Below, piece after piece: positions 48,709-56,867 of a DNA stretch of 56,941 bases (the first letter of the stretch is position 1; each line of letters opens with the position of its first letter). This stretch comes from Solirubrobacterales bacterium. Its GTDB lineage: Bacteria > Actinomycetota > Thermoleophilia > Solirubrobacterales > Solirubrobacteraceae. Location: assembly GCA_026392385.1 (NCBI GenBank), contig JAPLCG010000064.1:1-56941 (forward strand), read 5' to 3'. The notes below the pieces were generated by a model. It had not been told where the DNA came from and did no database searches. It saw nothing but the letters and a program-made list of their open reading frames with translations. The translations under genes and the position numbers were made by a program.

Positions 48709-49521
48709 TCAGAGGACAACTACTGAGTCACCCTCTGCGAGCGGGTAGCGATCAGCAGAGATGGGAGCGAGGTCATTAACGGTGCATGGCGCCTCAGGGT
48801 CGGCGCCAGCAGCTGCAAGCGCCTCAGTCAGCGTCCAGCTCCGTTGAACGCTTCTCCGCCCGCTGACGTTAACTCGGACCCGTGGTGCAGCGCCCGTGAG
48901 CTGGCCAAGCCTCTCTCGAGTATCTGCATCACTAAGCGATGCCAGCTGCGGGTCGAGTTCGGCAAGTCGGTCGTCAGCAAGTAGGTCGGCCTCAGTGAGA
49001 CTCAGCATCCTTGTCCCTGCCGCTACAGACCAAGGTCGGCGCTCACCAGCTTTGAGCGCGTTCGAGACTTGGCTGGCTAGCGAGACTCGCCATCCGCCTG
49101 GGAATGGTCGCGGTCGCCCATCAGGTCCTTCCAGCAGGGCAGTCTCTGCATCAGATTCAGCGAGCAAGAAGGCAAGGGCACTGACAAATGCCGGATGGAG
49201 CAGCGGCGTATCGCAGGGGACAACAATCGCAATGTCAGCGACCCCCTCAAGGGCCAAGAGGCCGGCGGCAAGACCGGCGAGAGGCCCTGCATCAGGCTCA
49301 CTATCGACAGCCAGCATTGCGCCGCGAGGCAGGTCGTTCGGGGTTTCGCCTCCAGAACCAGCAGCGACAATCAGTGGCCCGCCGCCAATACCGCGTGAAA
49401 CTAGCTTCGCCGTGCGTGCGGCGAGCGACATTCCGCCAACTTCCGCGAACGCCTTTGCGCTACCGAACCTTTCTCCGAGCCCACCGGCAAGGACGATCCC
49501 AGCAACTCGCGTTGGCGTCAT
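48709..49521 (-). CDS. mobA: MobA-like molybdenum cofactor guanylyltransferase fused to a C-terminal ThiS/MoaD-like segment
   Basis: IVLAGGLGERFGSAKAF, DAGPLAGL and VVPCDTPLL MobA motifs lie in the first approximately 200 aa. The last approximately 65 aa resemble a beta-grasp (see findings). Confidence 0.78.
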   Translation of the reverse strand: MTPTRVAGIVLAGGLGERFGSAKAFAEVGGMSLAARTAKLVSRGIGGGPLIVAAGSGGETPNDLPRGAMLAVDSEPDAGPLAGLAAGLLALEGVADIAIVVPCDTPLLHPAFVSALAFLLAESDAETALLEGPDGRPRPFPGGWRVSLASQVSNALKAGERRPWSVAAGTRMLSLTEADLLADDRLAELDPQLASLSDADTRERLGQLTGAAPRVRVNVSGRRSVQRSWTLTEALAAAGADPEAPCTVNDLAPISADRYPLAEGDSVVVL

Positions 49522-49525
49522 CCGA

Positions 49526-50161
49526 TCAGAGCGAGTCGTAGCCAGGGTCGCCCGGAAGCAGGACGCGCGCTATCTCGCCGAGAATCTCGATGCGAGGTTC
49601 AACTGGTTCAACGGTTGTTCCCCTTGCGTGTTCAAGCAGCGCATGGGCATTGTCAAACTGCGAAATCTGCTCGAGGCTGCGAATCGTTGGGAAGACCAGC
49701 AGCAGCTCGTCGCGCCCGTGCGCCTCGAGTGCCGATTGCGGAGTCTCCCAGCGCAGGTCAACGCATTCGTGCCCGTCAACACTGGGTACGGCGCCATCAG
49801 GGAGTTCGGCGAGGTAGAACCAAGTGTCAAAGCGGATCTTTACCTCGCGCGGGGTTATCCAGCGGGAGAAGGGGACAAGACTCTCAACGGAATTGAGCTC
49901 GATTCCGGCCTCCTCAGTTACCTCTCGCACTGCCGCAGCTCTTAGCGCGGCTTCGCCAATTCCATCTGACTTATCAACAGCACCGCCGGGGAATACCCAT
50001 GCGCCACCCATAAAACGAGACTCGATATTGCGCTGGACGAGCAGCACTTCAAGCGACTCGTTTCCGCCTCTGAGCACGATCACTGTTGATGCTTCGCGAG
50101 GGACGGTCTCAGGACCGTCGTTGAGTGTCTCTCCGGGAGCCCGTGGCGGTAGGTCACTCAT
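49526..50161 (-). CDS. NUDIX hydrolase
   Basis: Nudix box GGAVDKSDGIGEAALRAAAVREVTEEAGI (Gx5Ex7REUxEExGU). Confidence 0.88.
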   Translation of the reverse strand: MSDLPPRAPGETLNDGPETVPREASTVIVLRGGNESLEVLLVQRNIESRFMGGAWVFPGGAVDKSDGIGEAALRAAAVREVTEEAGIELNSVESLVPFSRWITPREVKIRFDTWFYLAELPDGAVPSVDGHECVDLRWETPQSALEAHGRDELLLVFPTIRSLEQISQFDNAHALLEHARGTTVEPVEPRIEILGEIARVLLPGDPGYDSL

Positions 50162-50197
50162 TCAACGCAGGCTATCGCGATGGCCTACGATTGACCA

Positions 50198-50377
50198 ATG
50201 AGCGAAGCAGAAACAATTCGATGGATTTGTGAGTCGTGCGGGTTCATCTATGAACCTGAGCTTGGTGACCCGGACGGTGGTATTCCGCCAGGCACTAAGT
50301 TCGAGGATATTCCAGACACTTGGTACTGCCCGGTCTGCGGTGCAAAGAAGTCGGAATTTGTCCCGTACGAAGACTGA
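50198..50377 (+). CDS. Rubredoxin (59 aa, below the ORF-track cutoff)
   Basis: Hand translation gives [59 protein letters not shown]. CxxCG and CPxCG pairs plus the DxW aromatic core are present. Confidence 0.9.
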   Translation: MSEAETIRWICESCGFIYEPELGDPDGGIPPGTKFEDIPDTWYCPVCGAKKSEFVPYED

Positions 50378-50390
50378 TTGACGCGCTTCG

Positions 50391-50422
50391 GGCGGAGCAT
50401 CGAATCTGTTCGGCGCTCCGCC
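50391..50422 (+). terminator. Hairpin after the rubredoxin gene
   Basis: GGCGGAGC (50391-50398) / GCTCCGCC (50415-50422) with a 16-nt loop. No U-tract. Confidence 0.3.
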
Positions 50423-50659
50423 TAGCGTGCTGGCAGCGGTTGGCAGCAAAAAGGCAGTAGTCGCGGTCGATTTTGTCTGTCAACGCAACCGATTTCGAAA
50501 CTGCGCAACTTTTTGACTACCGACGGGTTATGGAGTGTGGGTCGGTCTCCGTTCTATCCATGACCCCGGTTCCGGTGGCCGGCCCCCTATTTTCTTCTTA
50601 CCCCGTTTCCAGTGACAGATGGAAACCTAAGTGCTCAGCAGGATTGATGCGCCGGTTAA

Positions 50660-51985
50660 TCAGCTGGCGGCTGCCAGAGCTTTAACCAGCGTCTGTTCAG
50701 CATCTGGCTCAGCAGCTGCCTCAATCGACGCAGCAACCGTTGATACAAGCTCACGCAGCTCCGTTTCGCTGATTGAGAGTGGTGGCATCAACACAACCAC
50801 GTCGCCAAGCGGGCGGACAATAACCCCGCGGAGGCGGGCCGCGAGTGTTACTAGGTGCCCGCTGCGCCGCTCCGGTTCGAAGCCTTGCAGTTCGATCCCG
50901 CACATCAGCCCAACCCGCCGGATCTCGCCAACGCTGGCGATTGGCTCAACCTCTGCCGCCAGCAGCTCACCGAGCAGCGCTGCGCTCGCCTTGACCCGAT
51001 CGAGTGTCTGCTCATTTTCAAATACATCAAGCGTCGCCAGGGCTGCAGCACAGGCAAGTGGATTGCCTGTGTAGGTGTGACCATGGAAGAAGGTTCGGTA
51101 CTCGGGGTGCGCGCCAAGGAACCCCTGGTAGATGCGCTCGCTTGAAAGCGTCGCTGCCAGCGGTAGATAACCGCCAGTCAGTCCTTTGGCAACGCACATT
51201 AGGTCCGGTTCGACAGCTTCGTGTTCGCAGGCAAACATCATTCCCGTGCGGCCGAATCCGGTGGCAACCTCATCGGCGATCATCAGGATCCCGTGCTCGT
51301 CGCAGAGGCGGCGGACCTCGGTCAGGTAGCCGGCCGGTTGCAGCAGCATGCCGGCGGCACCTTGAACGAGCGGTTCAACGATCACTGCTGCTACCTCACC
51401 GCCATGCTCGTCCAGAACTCTTGCGAGGTCGTTCGCATCGCCTGGCTCTGCCTCAAGCGTCTCAAACAGAAGCGGTCTGTAAATCGAATGGAAAAGCTCC
51501 ATACCGCCGACCGAAACCGATCCAAGTGTGTCGCCGTGGTAAGCCTCGCGCAGCCGGACGAAGCGCTTGCGCTGCGGTTCACCATTCTGGGCGTGGTACT
51601 GGAATGCCATCTTGATCGCGATCTCAACCGCAGTCGAGCCGCTGTCTGAGTAGAAGACGCGGTTTAGGTCGCCCGGAGCGAGAGCAGCAAGCCGCTCAGC
51701 GAGCCTGATTGCCGATGGATGGCTGAGGCCAAGCATCGTCGTGTGCGCGACGCGGTCGAGCTGATCACGGACCGCTTGGTCGATCGCTGGGTGACGATGG
51801 CCGTGGACATTGCACCAAAGCGATGAAACGCCGTCGATGTAGCTGTTGCCATCTGTGTCAGTCAGTCTGCAGCCACTTGCCGACTCAATGATCAGCGGCG
51901 GCTCGTCGTCAACCCAACCCTGCTGCTGGGTAAACGGGTGCCAGAGGTGGAGGCGGTCAGCGGCAATCAGCTCGTCGGTATTCAC
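50660..51985 (-). CDS. bioA: Adenosylmethionine-8-amino-7-oxononanoate aminotransferase
   Basis: GTG start. LWHPFTQ, HGHRHP, ADEVATGFGRTG and the CVAKGLTGGYLP PLP lysine. Last gene of the bio operon. Confidence 0.93.
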   Translation of the reverse strand: MNTDELIAADRLHLWHPFTQQQGWVDDEPPLIIESASGCRLTDTDGNSYIDGVSSLWCNVHGHRHPAIDQAVRDQLDRVAHTTMLGLSHPSAIRLAERLAALAPGDLNRVFYSDSGSTAVEIAIKMAFQYHAQNGEPQRKRFVRLREAYHGDTLGSVSVGGMELFHSIYRPLLFETLEAEPGDANDLARVLDEHGGEVAAVIVEPLVQGAAGMLLQPAGYLTEVRRLCDEHGILMIADEVATGFGRTGMMFACEHEAVEPDLMCVAKGLTGGYLPLAATLSSERIYQGFLGAHPEYRTFFHGHTYTGNPLACAAALATLDVFENEQTLDRVKASAALLGELLAAEVEPIASVGEIRRVGLMCGIELQGFEPERRSGHLVTLAARLRGVIVRPLGDVVVLMPPLSISETELRELVSTVAASIEAAAEPDAEQTLVKALAAAS

Positions 51986-51997
51986 GGACGAATCAAG

Positions 51998-52681
51998 CTA
52001 TCGACTTGGCAGGAGGGAGTCGATCGGCAGACCGCTTCCAGCTTCGGCAAAGGCTGCTTGGCTGGGCTCACGGATTTCCGGAATTGTTGCGACCTCAATG
52101 CCGCTAATCCGAGCGACCGTTGCTCGGTTGTCAAGCTCGAGAGCGGTTGGTGAGTCTGGCCACGGTCCGAAGACGATTAGCTTTACCTCTAGTCCGACGG
52201 AGCGTGCTGATTCGACGGTCAGCAGCGTGTGAGAGATTGTCCCGAGGCCCGGGCGGGCAGCGACTACGACCGCGAGTCCGAGCGCCGTGGCAAGGTCGCG
52301 GACCGATTCGGTTTGCGAGATCGGGACGAGTAACCCACCGACCCCTTCGACAAGCAGCGATCCGCCAGCCACTGTTTCGGCAAGCAGTTCAGCGGCAATC
52401 TCTGAGGCATCAAGCTGAACGCCGGCTTCGGCAGCAGCAAGGTGCGGGGACACGGCTGGACCGAACTTTCGTTTGCTGATGCCAGCCGTCGAACTTGATC
52501 CGATTGCAAGCGCAAGCAGTTCGTCGTCGCGCAGACCTTCACTTGGATCGTCCATTCCAGTCAGGAGTGGTTTGCGCACGAGCAGTTGCTCGCCTCTGGC
52601 TGTTAGCGCTGCAGCGATTGAAGCTGTGACATACGACTTTCCCGCCCCGGTGTCGGTTCCGGTTACAAACAGTCCGCGCAT
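51998..52681 (-). CDS. bioD: Dethiobiotin synthetase
   Basis: MRGLFVTGTDTGAGKSYVT P-loop and LVEGVGGLLVP. Confidence 0.93.
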   Translation of the reverse strand: MRGLFVTGTDTGAGKSYVTASIAAALTARGEQLLVRKPLLTGMDDPSEGLRDDELLALAIGSSSTAGISKRKFGPAVSPHLAAAEAGVQLDASEIAAELLAETVAGGSLLVEGVGGLLVPISQTESVRDLATALGLAVVVAARPGLGTISHTLLTVESARSVGLEVKLIVFGPWPDSPTALELDNRATVARISGIEVATIPEIREPSQAAFAEAGSGLPIDSLLPSR

Positions 52682-52687
52682 CGACGG

Positions 52688-53986
52688 TCAGGCCGCGCGG
52701 TTGATGTCCGTCGGGCCCTGCGCCTCAATGTCGAACAGCTCCTGCCCGCCCTTGCGGGTCGCACGAATTGGCAGTGGCCCGTCACCTGGTACGGGTTCCG
52801 GTCGGCGTTCGGCTGGAGCAGTTGCTCGCAGACCAGCTGCAGCGCAGGCATTAGCGATTGTTTTCGCAGCTGCTTTCAACTCGTCTGTGCGATGTGTTGC
52901 CATCACTGTCAGCCGCAGCCGTGAGGATCCTTCGGGAACGGTTGGCGGCCGGATCGCCTGTGCGAATACGCCGTCGGCGAGCGCTCCTTCGCAGACCGCG
53001 ACTGTGTCCGATGCGTCACCGATCACGAGTGGAATGATTGGCGTCGGCTGCTGTTCAATGTCGAATCCTTCAGTCCTCAATGCTGCCCTGAGTGTCTGCG
53101 CATTTCGCTGAACGCGCTCAATCCTGCGTGGCTCAGTCGTGATTAGCTCGAGTGCTGCCATCGCGCCCGCAATTGACGGTGGTGGTGGAGCTGTTGAGAA
53201 CAACAGTGTCCGAGCTTGGTTTGTAAGCCAATCCGCCGTGCTTGCGCTGCAGGCAACGAAGGCGCCGTACGAGCCAAGCGACTTTCCGAGCGTTCCGATT
53301 AGAGCCGTCACCTGTCCTTCAAGACCAGCTTCTGCGACGACACCACGACCACCTGGTCCATAAACGCCAACCGCGTGTGCCTCATCAACGACGGTTCGGG
53401 CGCCGTAGATCGATGCCAGTTCGACGATCTCAGCGATCGGAGCGACATCGCCGTCCATCGAAAAGATCGAGTCGGTAACAATCAGCGCCCGGCGACCCTT
53501 CGCCTTCGCGAGTCCCCACTCAAGGTGCTCCATATCTGCGTGGTTGTAGATAAAGGTTTCGGTTCCGGACAGACGACAACCATCAATCAGCGAGGCGTGA
53601 TTGAGCTCGTCCGAGCAGATAATGCCTCCAGACTCAGCGAGGGCGCCAATCACGCCCGCGTTAGCGAGGTATCCCGATCCGAAAAGCAGTGCGCTCTCAG
53701 TGCGCTCAAAGTCGGCTAGCCGATCCTCAAGGCGGCGATGCACTGTCATTGTGCCGCTCACCAGTCGGGATGCTCCTGAGCCAACGCCCCACTTCATTGC
53801 TGCGGCGGCTGCAGCCTCGCGAACCTTTGGGTGATCAGCAAGCCCGAGGTAGTTGTTTGAGCAGAGCAGCAGTGCTGGTTTTCCGTCAACTACAACGCTT
53901 GGTCCCTGCGGGCCGCTAACCAGCCGTGTCTTGCGATGCATTGTGCGCGATCGCAGGTCACTGAGTCTTGCGGTGATCGTCCCCAT
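52688..53986 (-). CDS. bioF: 8-amino-7-oxononanoate synthase
   Basis: SNNYLGL, DEAHAVG and the TLGKSLGSYGA PLP lysine. ATG at 53986 (MGTITARLSDL) chosen, because the track's longer start at 54181 would overlap bioB by 185 nt. About 47 aa of C-terminal extension. Confidence 0.9.
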   Translation of the reverse strand: MGTITARLSDLRSRTMHRKTRLVSGPQGPSVVVDGKPALLLCSNNYLGLADHPKVREAAAAAAMKWGVGSGASRLVSGTMTVHRRLEDRLADFERTESALLFGSGYLANAGVIGALAESGGIICSDELNHASLIDGCRLSGTETFIYNHADMEHLEWGLAKAKGRRALIVTDSIFSMDGDVAPIAEIVELASIYGARTVVDEAHAVGVYGPGGRGVVAEAGLEGQVTALIGTLGKSLGSYGAFVACSASTADWLTNQARTLLFSTAPPPPSIAGAMAALELITTEPRRIERVQRNAQTLRAALRTEGFDIEQQPTPIIPLVIGDASDTVAVCEGALADGVFAQAIRPPTVPEGSSRLRLTVMATHRTDELKAAAKTIANACAAAGLRATAPAERRPEPVPGDGPLPIRATRKGGQELFDIEAQGPTDINRAA

Positions 53987-53996
53987 TGCGGAAAGC

Positions 53997-55196
53997 TCAG
54001 GCGGCCTTCTGTGCTGCCTCGGACTCGCGGGTAGTGCGGCCGGCTCCGGTATTAGCAGCACCGTCGGGGCGTGGCGGAACGCTGCGCTTGCGACTGAATC
54101 GAAGCTGTGAGGATGGGTCCCAGAGTCGAACCTCGAAGGCATCAGTGCCGTCGCCAACTGGTGAGCCGACGAGATGTTCACCGACTACATCGGGAGTCTC
54201 GCCATCAAGCCAGCCATCGCGGTTATCAGGCCGCGGGTTTGAACCATTGTCGGTCTGGCGCTCAGTGTTGAGGCCAACGTCGTGGAACATCTCCATGTCC
54301 TGCTCGGGCGTGTTGCCAAGCGTCGTGAGGAAGTTGCCCATCATTACCCCGTTGACTCCGGCCTTGATAGCGAGCGGTTGAAGCTCGCGAAGGTTCTCAA
54401 CGCGACCGCCACAGAGCCTGAAAAGTGCCTTCGGCATGATCAACCTGAAGATTGCGATCCACTTGACAGCCTCCCAAGGGTCCATGTACTCGCGATCACC
54501 GAACTTCGTGCCTGGCCTTGGGTTGAGCAGGTTGATCGGAACGCTCGTAGGGTCAATCTCAGCAAGCTGGAATGCCATTTCAACGCGCTGCTCGCGTGAC
54601 TCGCCAAGGTTAAGAATTCCGCCAACACAGGTCTCAAGGCCAGCTTCCCGAACTGCGTCGATCGTCCGCAGCCGGCCTTCGTAGCGGACGGTCGAGGAGA
54701 CCTCGGGGTAGTAGCTCTCGGCAGTCTCAACGTTGTGGTGAATGCGTTGAATGCCAGCAGCCTTCAGCTGCTTGGCGCGATCCACGGACATATGGCCAAT
54801 TGAGGCACAGCGTTTGAGGTTCGTCTGCTCGGCAACGAGCTTTGCGCCCTCAACGATCTTTTCGAAGTCACGCTTTGAGAGTCCCTGTCCCTGTGTGACC
54901 ATGCAGAAGCGGTGTGCGCCGGCTGCCTCTGCCGCCTTTGCGTGCTCAAGGATCTGGTCTGGCTCCATCATCGCGTGGAGTGGGGTGTCAGCCTCGGCGT
55001 AACGAGACTGGGCACAGAAGCCGCAGTCCTCAGCGCAGCCGCCGGATTTTGCGTTTACGAGTGAGCAGAGGTCGGTTGAGTCACCGAAGTTGTCAACGCG
55101 GGCCTGCCAGGCTCGCTCAACGAGCGCTTCGATCTCTTCGGGCTGCTCAAGATCGCCGAGTTGAAGGGCTTCTTCGCGTGTGATGAGGGCTGACAT
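53997..55196 (-). CDS. bioB: Biotin synthase (radical SAM) with an approximately 89-aa C-terminal extension
   Basis: CAEDCGFCAQS (CxxxCxxC), the NVETA region and a BioB core to about residue 310. The same frame then runs on for 89 more residues. Confidence 0.92.
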   Translation of the reverse strand: MSALITREEALQLGDLEQPEEIEALVERAWQARVDNFGDSTDLCSLVNAKSGGCAEDCGFCAQSRYAEADTPLHAMMEPDQILEHAKAAEAAGAHRFCMVTQGQGLSKRDFEKIVEGAKLVAEQTNLKRCASIGHMSVDRAKQLKAAGIQRIHHNVETAESYYPEVSSTVRYEGRLRTIDAVREAGLETCVGGILNLGESREQRVEMAFQLAEIDPTSVPINLLNPRPGTKFGDREYMDPWEAVKWIAIFRLIMPKALFRLCGGRVENLRELQPLAIKAGVNGVMMGNFLTTLGNTPEQDMEMFHDVGLNTERQTDNGSNPRPDNRDGWLDGETPDVVGEHLVGSPVGDGTDAFEVRLWDPSSQLRFSRKRSVPPRPDGAANTGAGRTTRESEAAQKAA

Positions 55197-55211
55197 CGGC
55201 GGCTGGTTCTC

Positions 55212-55238
55212 CCCTGACGGGTTGCTTGACGGTCAGGG
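55212..55238 (-). promoter_or_regulatory. Inverted / direct repeat element just upstream of bioB
   Basis: CCCTGAC (55212-55218) / GTCAGGG (55232-55238) enclose two TGACGG direct repeats, 16-42 nt from the bioB start codon. Function unknown. Confidence 0.2.
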
Positions 55239-55403
55239 CGAATCTACGCCTGTCGGCGGACGCCAAATATGCGCTGAATTGCGGTCTAGCTGAGTGAGAC
55301 GAAGCCGCTGATCCAACTGTTGCGCGTTCGCTCACGCGCTGCGACCCCTTGACGGCCTGAGAACGGTGTCTGAGTGTTGCCCTCAATCGTCTGGAGCGTC
55401 GAC

Positions 55404-56030
55404 TTAGTGCTGCCTATAATGAGCCCGGTGTGCTCGCAGAAATCGAGCGACTGGCATTGCCTTTACTCCGGACATCCGCCAAACCGAGCTGGCAAACAGT
55501 GCGCACCAAGGATTACCGCACCATTCGGCACCGCCAAATGTGCAGACGAGTCGGCCACGATTGTTGTTGCCGCTGTTTTCAAGCGTTGGTGAGAGCCGGT
55601 ACTGATCGGCGATGTAGCGGATCTTGCTTCGCAGTTCACTGACGTACGTCGCAGCCTTGGTTGCTGTCGTCTTGGCGATCAGCGCATCTGTTTCGACGGG
55701 GCGGCGGCTTGCCAGCTGGCCCTTTAGCGTCAAGTTGCTAACAGCAAGGCCAATCAGCAGGTCGGCACCAATTAGCGGCTTCGTGAACGTGATCGGCTCT
55801 TCGCCGGGCTGAGTACCACCGTTGTAAAGCAGCGCCGAACTGGCCTTTGAAGCCTTCGGGCTATATGGCTTGCCGGCCTGAAAACCAGCAGAGCCAGGTT
55901 CTGCGGCCAAGGGCTTATGCGCTGCCTGTGCAGGTGCGCCAAATAGCGCTGAACCGGCGGTGACAGCGAGCAGGATCGGCGCGAACGCCCGGATCTTCTG
56001 TGCTCGGTGATTCACAATCTTGCTTTCCAA
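55404..56030 (-). CDS. Secreted protein whose C-terminus resembles the N-terminal half of a CHAP domain (possibly truncated)
   Basis: Signal peptide (AFAPILLAVTAGSALFGAPAQA). ENSGNNNRGRLVCTFGGAEWCGNPWCALFASSVWRMSG resembles the Cys-containing part of CHAP amidases. The ORF ends about 20 aa later. The start is uncertain (TTG 56030 or GTG 56015). Confidence 0.5.
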   Translation of the reverse strand: MESKIVNHRAQKIRAFAPILLAVTAGSALFGAPAQAAHKPLAAEPGSAGFQAGKPYSPKASKASSALLYNGGTQPGEEPITFTKPLIGADLLIGLAVSNLTLKGQLASRRPVETDALIAKTTATKAATYVSELRSKIRYIADQYRLSPTLENSGNNNRGRLVCTFGGAEWCGNPWCALFASSVWRMSGVKAMPVARFLRAHRAHYRQH

Positions 56031-56086
56031 GCCTACCGGAGTTCGCGTATTGCCGCTGCAAAACGCAGCATTTCGTGCGAGAGCCC

Positions 56087-56863
56087 TTAGTTGCCGGTGA
56101 AACGCGCGGAGCGGCGTTCGGCGAACGCTTCGACTCCTTCGCGGAAGTCAGCTGAGGAAAAGCACTGGCGCCGCAACTCAATCAACTCCGCCTCAACCTT
56201 TGGATCAAGCACGCCGGTTGCATTGGCAAGTTCACGCAGAATTCGCTTGTTGCCTCTGAGCGAGAGCGGCGCATTCTCCGCCAGCTCCTGAGCCATCGCA
56301 AGTGCGGTCTCTTCAACAGTCTCCGAGATCTCATTCACGAGCCCCCACTGGAGTGCTGTCTGGGCGTCAATCCGCCGGCCAAGCAAGAAAAGTTCACGGG
56401 TACGTGGGACACCCACTGCATCAATGAACCTGCTCAGCCCAGTGTGCGAGTAGACAAGTCCGAGCTTCGCGGGCGGCATGCCAAACTTTGCCGCGGGCGA
56501 GGTGACGCGTAGGTCACAGGCAAGTGCGACCTCAAGGCCACCACCGATCGCGTGGCCGGTAAGGGCGCCGACGATCGGAATATCGCAACGGTCGAGGCCC
56601 TCAAGAGCCGCGGCGAAGGGATGCGCGATCAGCCGCTCTGCCTCCTCGGCAAAGACCTCTTCAGGGATGTCACCAATGTCATAGCCCGCCGAGAAGATTT
56701 CGCCGTCGCCGCTGATGATTACGCAGGCTGCGTCAAGTCCGTCAAGGTAACTGGCGAGCGCATCAAGAATCGGGTGGTCGAGCGCGCCACGCTTGCCCGG
56801 ATTGCTGATTGTGAAGCGGACGATGCCATCAGCTGGCTCGTCGCGGGTCAGGGTGCCAGCCAT
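56087..56863 (-). CDS. Enoyl-CoA hydratase/isomerase (crotonase) family protein
   Basis: ISGDGEIFSAGYDI, GHAIGGGLEVALACDLR oxyanion-hole region, and FREGVEAFAERR. Confidence 0.88.
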   Translation of the reverse strand: MAGTLTRDEPADGIVRFTISNPGKRGALDHPILDALASYLDGLDAACVIISGDGEIFSAGYDIGDIPEEVFAEEAERLIAHPFAAALEGLDRCDIPIVGALTGHAIGGGLEVALACDLRVTSPAAKFGMPPAKLGLVYSHTGLSRFIDAVGVPRTRELFLLGRRIDAQTALQWGLVNEISETVEETALAMAQELAENAPLSLRGNKRILRELANATGVLDPKVEAELIELRRQCFSSADFREGVEAFAERRSARFTGN

Positions 56864-56867
56864 CGGT

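Noticed and set aside
48896-49945. A 349-aa ORF on the plus strand spanning the mobA and Nudix genes.
   Set aside because: It is antisense to two genes with clear catalytic motifs. Its composition (Ser/Arg/Ala/Pro-rich, no motifs) is typical of shadow ORFs in GC-rich DNA.
50473-50685. A 70-aa plus-strand ORF in the rubredoxin-bioA spacer.
   Set aside because: It has low third-position GC, no Shine-Dalgarno, and runs into the 3' end of bioA. The region is more likely non-coding.
53987-54181. A longer bioF start at 54181, giving a 497-aa ORF.
   Set aside because: It would overlap bioB by 185 nt. The extra 65 aa (NISSAHQLATALMPSRFDSGTHPHSF...) have no AONS-synthase similarity and a junk-like composition. 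MGTITARLSDL at 53986 fits BioF N-termini better.
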